Source: Auanema rhodensis
Lineage: Eukaryota > Animalia > Nematoda
DNA length: 64,000 nt
Direction: 5' to 3'
Assembly (NCBI GenBank): GCA_964057225.1
Contig: OZ059899.1
Location: forward strand, 5,766,001 to 5,830,000
Shown here: one piece after another, positions 60,055 to 64,000 of the stretch
Numbering within the stretch: the first letter of the stretch is position 1
How the letters are laid out: each line of letters opens with the position of its first letter
The notes under the pieces: model-generated
Told to the model about the DNA's origin: nothing
The model's database searches: none
The model's input: only the letters and a program-made list of their open reading frames with translations
Made by a program: the position numbers and the translations under genes

Positions 60055-61473
60055 TAATCTGCAAGAAATTTTCATAAGGTTAATCAGAAAAGAAAATTCA
60101 ATTGAAAATTACTATTGTAACTTTCGAAACTAAATTACAATACAGAAACACTATCACTATTCCCTAGATTATTACAGTATAGTTTATAAACAAAGATTCA
60201 TTTTCTTAATTTAAATTAAAAAAACTGTTAATCCATTGAAAAACAACAAAAAGCCGATGATGACTTACTTATTTTTGAATGGTATTTGAGTTACAGAAGA
60301 TGCAGGGTTGTGCGTAAACAGCAAGCGTGATTACGTGTCTTAGTTTCCTTTCTTGGGTTTTACGATTTCTTTGCATTTGTATTATTCATCATATTCTTCT
60401 ATTTTTCTAGTAACATATAAAGAGCCTCTGTTATTTATTTTCTATTTACCAAACATCTAAATATTAAATATATATTTATATCCAAAAAAAAACAACATAA
60501 ATCAACTCATAAACTTGTTTTTTATAAAGTTCAATGAAATTCAGTGAATTTCATTTTTAGTGTTTCATATCTGTTTCATATATATGCTTTCTTTTTTCGT
60601 TCTATCTCTGCTTCTCTTTTTTCAAAAATGATGAGAGCAATATGCGATAATCAGCATATAGTAAAATTGTTTTTTTTTCTCATATCAAATGCTTATCTTC
60701 TTTCCTAAAACGTACATTCTATTTATAGAAAAAAAAGAACACTTTTTATAGTTTTTAATACTCGAACTATCGATTGTGACAAAGTAAAACATGCACTAGA
60801 ATACATGTTAAGTTTTTCGAAATTTGTTATTCTCAATCCCTCAACCAAGCGAGTGTGTCCTATCTCGCGCATCATATCAAAGTCAAAAAGAAACCGGTCG
60901 GCACAATAGTCGGTGTGCTTAACTACCCCTAGTCCTACCTCTAACACAGCCCCCACCCCATCCAGCCCATCAACAACCCGCGACAGCCGACATCAGAAGT
61001 TCAATTCACGACCGGTCATGATAATCTTTGTTGGCACAAGTTCATTCCATTAACCTATTCGTCTCGAATCCCTCGTTGTCATCGTCTCCTTCGCTTCTGT
61101 CGTCACAGCCTTCCACATCACTGCTAAAAGACATTTATGACAATGGTGAATTCGGAATTCACCACTACAAGTGATTGTACGGTGGTCACTGCTCTCTCTC
61201 CTTATAACCTTTGCTACGCTCCCAAACAATTGGAGTTTTTGGAATATTCTCAACCACCGGTAAGCAATACATCCTCCTGTTACGGCCCTTGTTTTCTAAG
61301 CTTTTTGCTATATGTTTATTGATATTTCCTGGACTCGTATCAGATTACCCTACTCATGTCAATCACGTTTATATCTATTTTCTGTTTCCATCGCAATGTT
61401 TCAGAGCCATATTTCAAGTGATTGTTCAATTATTAATGTATTCACTTGGAAAACTGTTCGAAGAGAAGATACT

Positions 61474-64000
61474 ATGATTCATATTAACGTCCCGGATACT
61501 CAAACACTGGTTGAGAAAGATGGAGTCACCAAATATACGGTAATCAATATTTTCATATGCGGATTTCCGATTTTTCTAAAGTTTTTTTTTGCCAAATAGA
61601 ATACACACGTCTCGATTACAGGCATTTAACATACATATCAATGGTTGGTTTCACGCAGCAGTCCGGTTTAGTCATTTGTATCAAGTCGCTGATATGATTA
61701 GGCAAAGGTACATACAATATCCATTCCACTATATGAATTTTAATGTGCTCGATACTGGGATCAGACCTGATCAGACCCCTTCAAAAGAAAAGCCTTGACC
61801 TGATAGAATTCTGTATTATTTTAGATTTGGCAACAAATACAGTGGCCCAGATTTTCCACCAAAGAAGTTATTTAATTTGGATGATAAACAGATAGATGAA
61901 CGACGAAATAAAATTTCAAAATACCTCAGCGCTTGTATGTTCATAAACTGTTCTGTTCTCGAATTTATTTTTGCTTTTCAGTGGTTCAGAATACTGATAT
62001 CATACGAAGCTCGTTAGTGGAAAAAAAGTTTCTCGAACTTCAAGTTGTAAGTTTCCAAACTAAATTTTTTAGTATGTATATCAATGTATTCTGAATGTTT
62101 GATTTTTTGTTTATTCCCACACTTCTCTTTTCAAATCTATTTTTTTATTTGGATAATCTCTTAAAATCTAGTTAGATGAGTAGGATTATTAGTTGGCCAA
62201 ATAAAAACAGTTCTAATTTTTCTTTGCACTTAAAATCTCACTTTCAGAATTACTTCCGAACTACAAGCAATCACGTTTCCGTTGATATTTATCTAGGTGA
62301 TGGTGATCGTCATGTTGTTAAATGTAACATAGATTCTCCAACAAATGTTATTTTGAGGGTAAATTAATTAAATGATCATAGTTAGTAAGTACTGTTTCTT
62401 TAGCAATTAGCTGAACAGTTGGGCATTCGAGATGCTGATGTTTTTCTCTGGAATTTCGGGCTTTTCATGGCTCGACCAAGAGATAATGACAGCATTGATT
62501 TCAATGTTCTTTGTATGCAATATTTTTTCATTTTTCATTTTATAATATCTTATTAAGGTGTTCGATTTATGAGAAATTTTGAATCTCCTTATATTAGTTT
62601 GCAAACAGCAAACATGAAATCTGCTGGTCAGGGTGTTTTTCATAAACTGGTGTTGAGAAAGCTTATCTGGGATCCAAGAATTGAAGAGGCTCTTTTTGAA
62701 GACAATATACTTACAATGCTGTTATATAAGCAGGTATATCGCATTAAAAAATCTTATATTCATAATGAAAATTAGGCAAAGAATGATTTTTTAACTGGAA
62801 ACTTTGAAGCCATTCGAACTGATGTTGTTGATCGATTACGTAATTATGAAAAAAATGAGAATCATGTTCAGGTTCATCAAAATCAAACAGTTTAGATATA
62901 TGCTTTGTTTTTTTAGTTTTTGAGGCTTTGTCACTTACAACCTACTTATTCTTATGAAATACTTGCCGAATGTTTATCAGACTGTCCACAACCGAATACT
63001 CGTTGTTCACTTAAAATTGGTCGAAGACAACTAGTGTTAGGTTATGGAGATAGAGTACGTGTTTTTCCTTTTTTATATTTTTTTTGTAAAATAGAAACAT
63101 CTTTTATCTTTTCTTTCTTGCAAACGTTTTCAAAAATTTATTACATATCTTTGGTTGTAACAGATTGTAAGGTCATGCTTATTTTCTTTTATAGGAAGAA
63201 ACTATATTTCGTGCTACACGTATTCGAGTATGGAGAATAAGCCCACCTACCCAAGAGGATGGACTCATGGTTTGTTTTTTCTTTTTTTTCTTTTTAAATT
63301 ATAGAATGTTCAGATTTTTCAATTCGAATATTTAATGGCTAGGGATGATTTTGAGTGGATTACTATATATACTGATCAAGCTATTATTCTTAGTCTTTTA
63401 CTTCAATGTGTTGGCACAGAGATATTACAAGAACATCGTAGTATGTCGGTAAGAAAGTATTTATTGTAATGTAACTGACTTAATTTTTGTTTTTAGATTG
63501 AACAACAACTAATGTGTAATGGAGGTGGTTCTGGAATGTCTGTATTCTTAGAACCACCGAAAGCTCCACTGACTCTAAAGCCAACTCTTACTGTTCCTGA
63601 TGAAACACCTTCCATAACAGGCACTTATATTCTTTAAATATATACATTTAAATTAATATTCTAGATGGAAATGATGTATGTGCCATACCCTCTACCGATA
63701 ATCGTAAATCTTCTACACATTCTGTACATAGTTTAAGGGTTTGTTATTTAATTTCGTTCAATTTAATGTTATATCACTATTTAAACAATTTACTAGGGAT
63801 GTTTTTCCCAAGTTTTGTTTGGAAAGTTTTTTATTATTTTACTATAGATAAATTTATTTTTTCTGAAAATAATCAAGCATTTTCAGACTGCTAAATCTGC
63901 TATCACATCTATTGAAGAAACAACCTCTTTGGATAGAGGAGATCCACTAGGAGTTGCAAACTTATATGATACTAATAACGACATGTTTACAACAATATCG
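61474..64000 (+). CDS. snx-17: Sorting nexin 17 (PX + FERM-like), 3' end outside the window; possible upstream exon from 61137
   Basis: [11 protein letters not shown]|[96 protein letters not shown]. Confidence 0.9.

Overview
AT-rich eukaryotic DNA with many ~45-60 nt introns and TTTCAG/TTTTAG acceptors just before start codons, consistent with a trans-splicing rhabditid nematode (species not determinable). Genes in order: a secreted DB-module protein (+), a CNNM Mg2+ transporter (+), RASEF/rsef-1 (-), a convergent pair of BarH-class homeobox genes like ceh-30/ceh-31, a small secreted Cys-rich protein (-), dpyd-1 (-), an orphan single-TM gene with an upstream decayed tandem copy (+), dlg-1 (-), a probable operon of a PRPF38B-like gene and ubh-4 (-), and snx-17 (+, runs off the window). 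The most striking structure is the BarH pair. The two genes have strongly diverged last exons and second introns, yet share two >99% identical inverted blocks: an 846-bp upstream block and a 759-bp block covering promoter plus exons 1-2. This points to recent gene conversion and a potentially invertible ~11.6-kb cassette that would swap C-terminal exons. The shared upstream block carries four LAG-1/CSL consensus sites spaced exactly 10 bp apart. All exon structures and alignments were done by eye.
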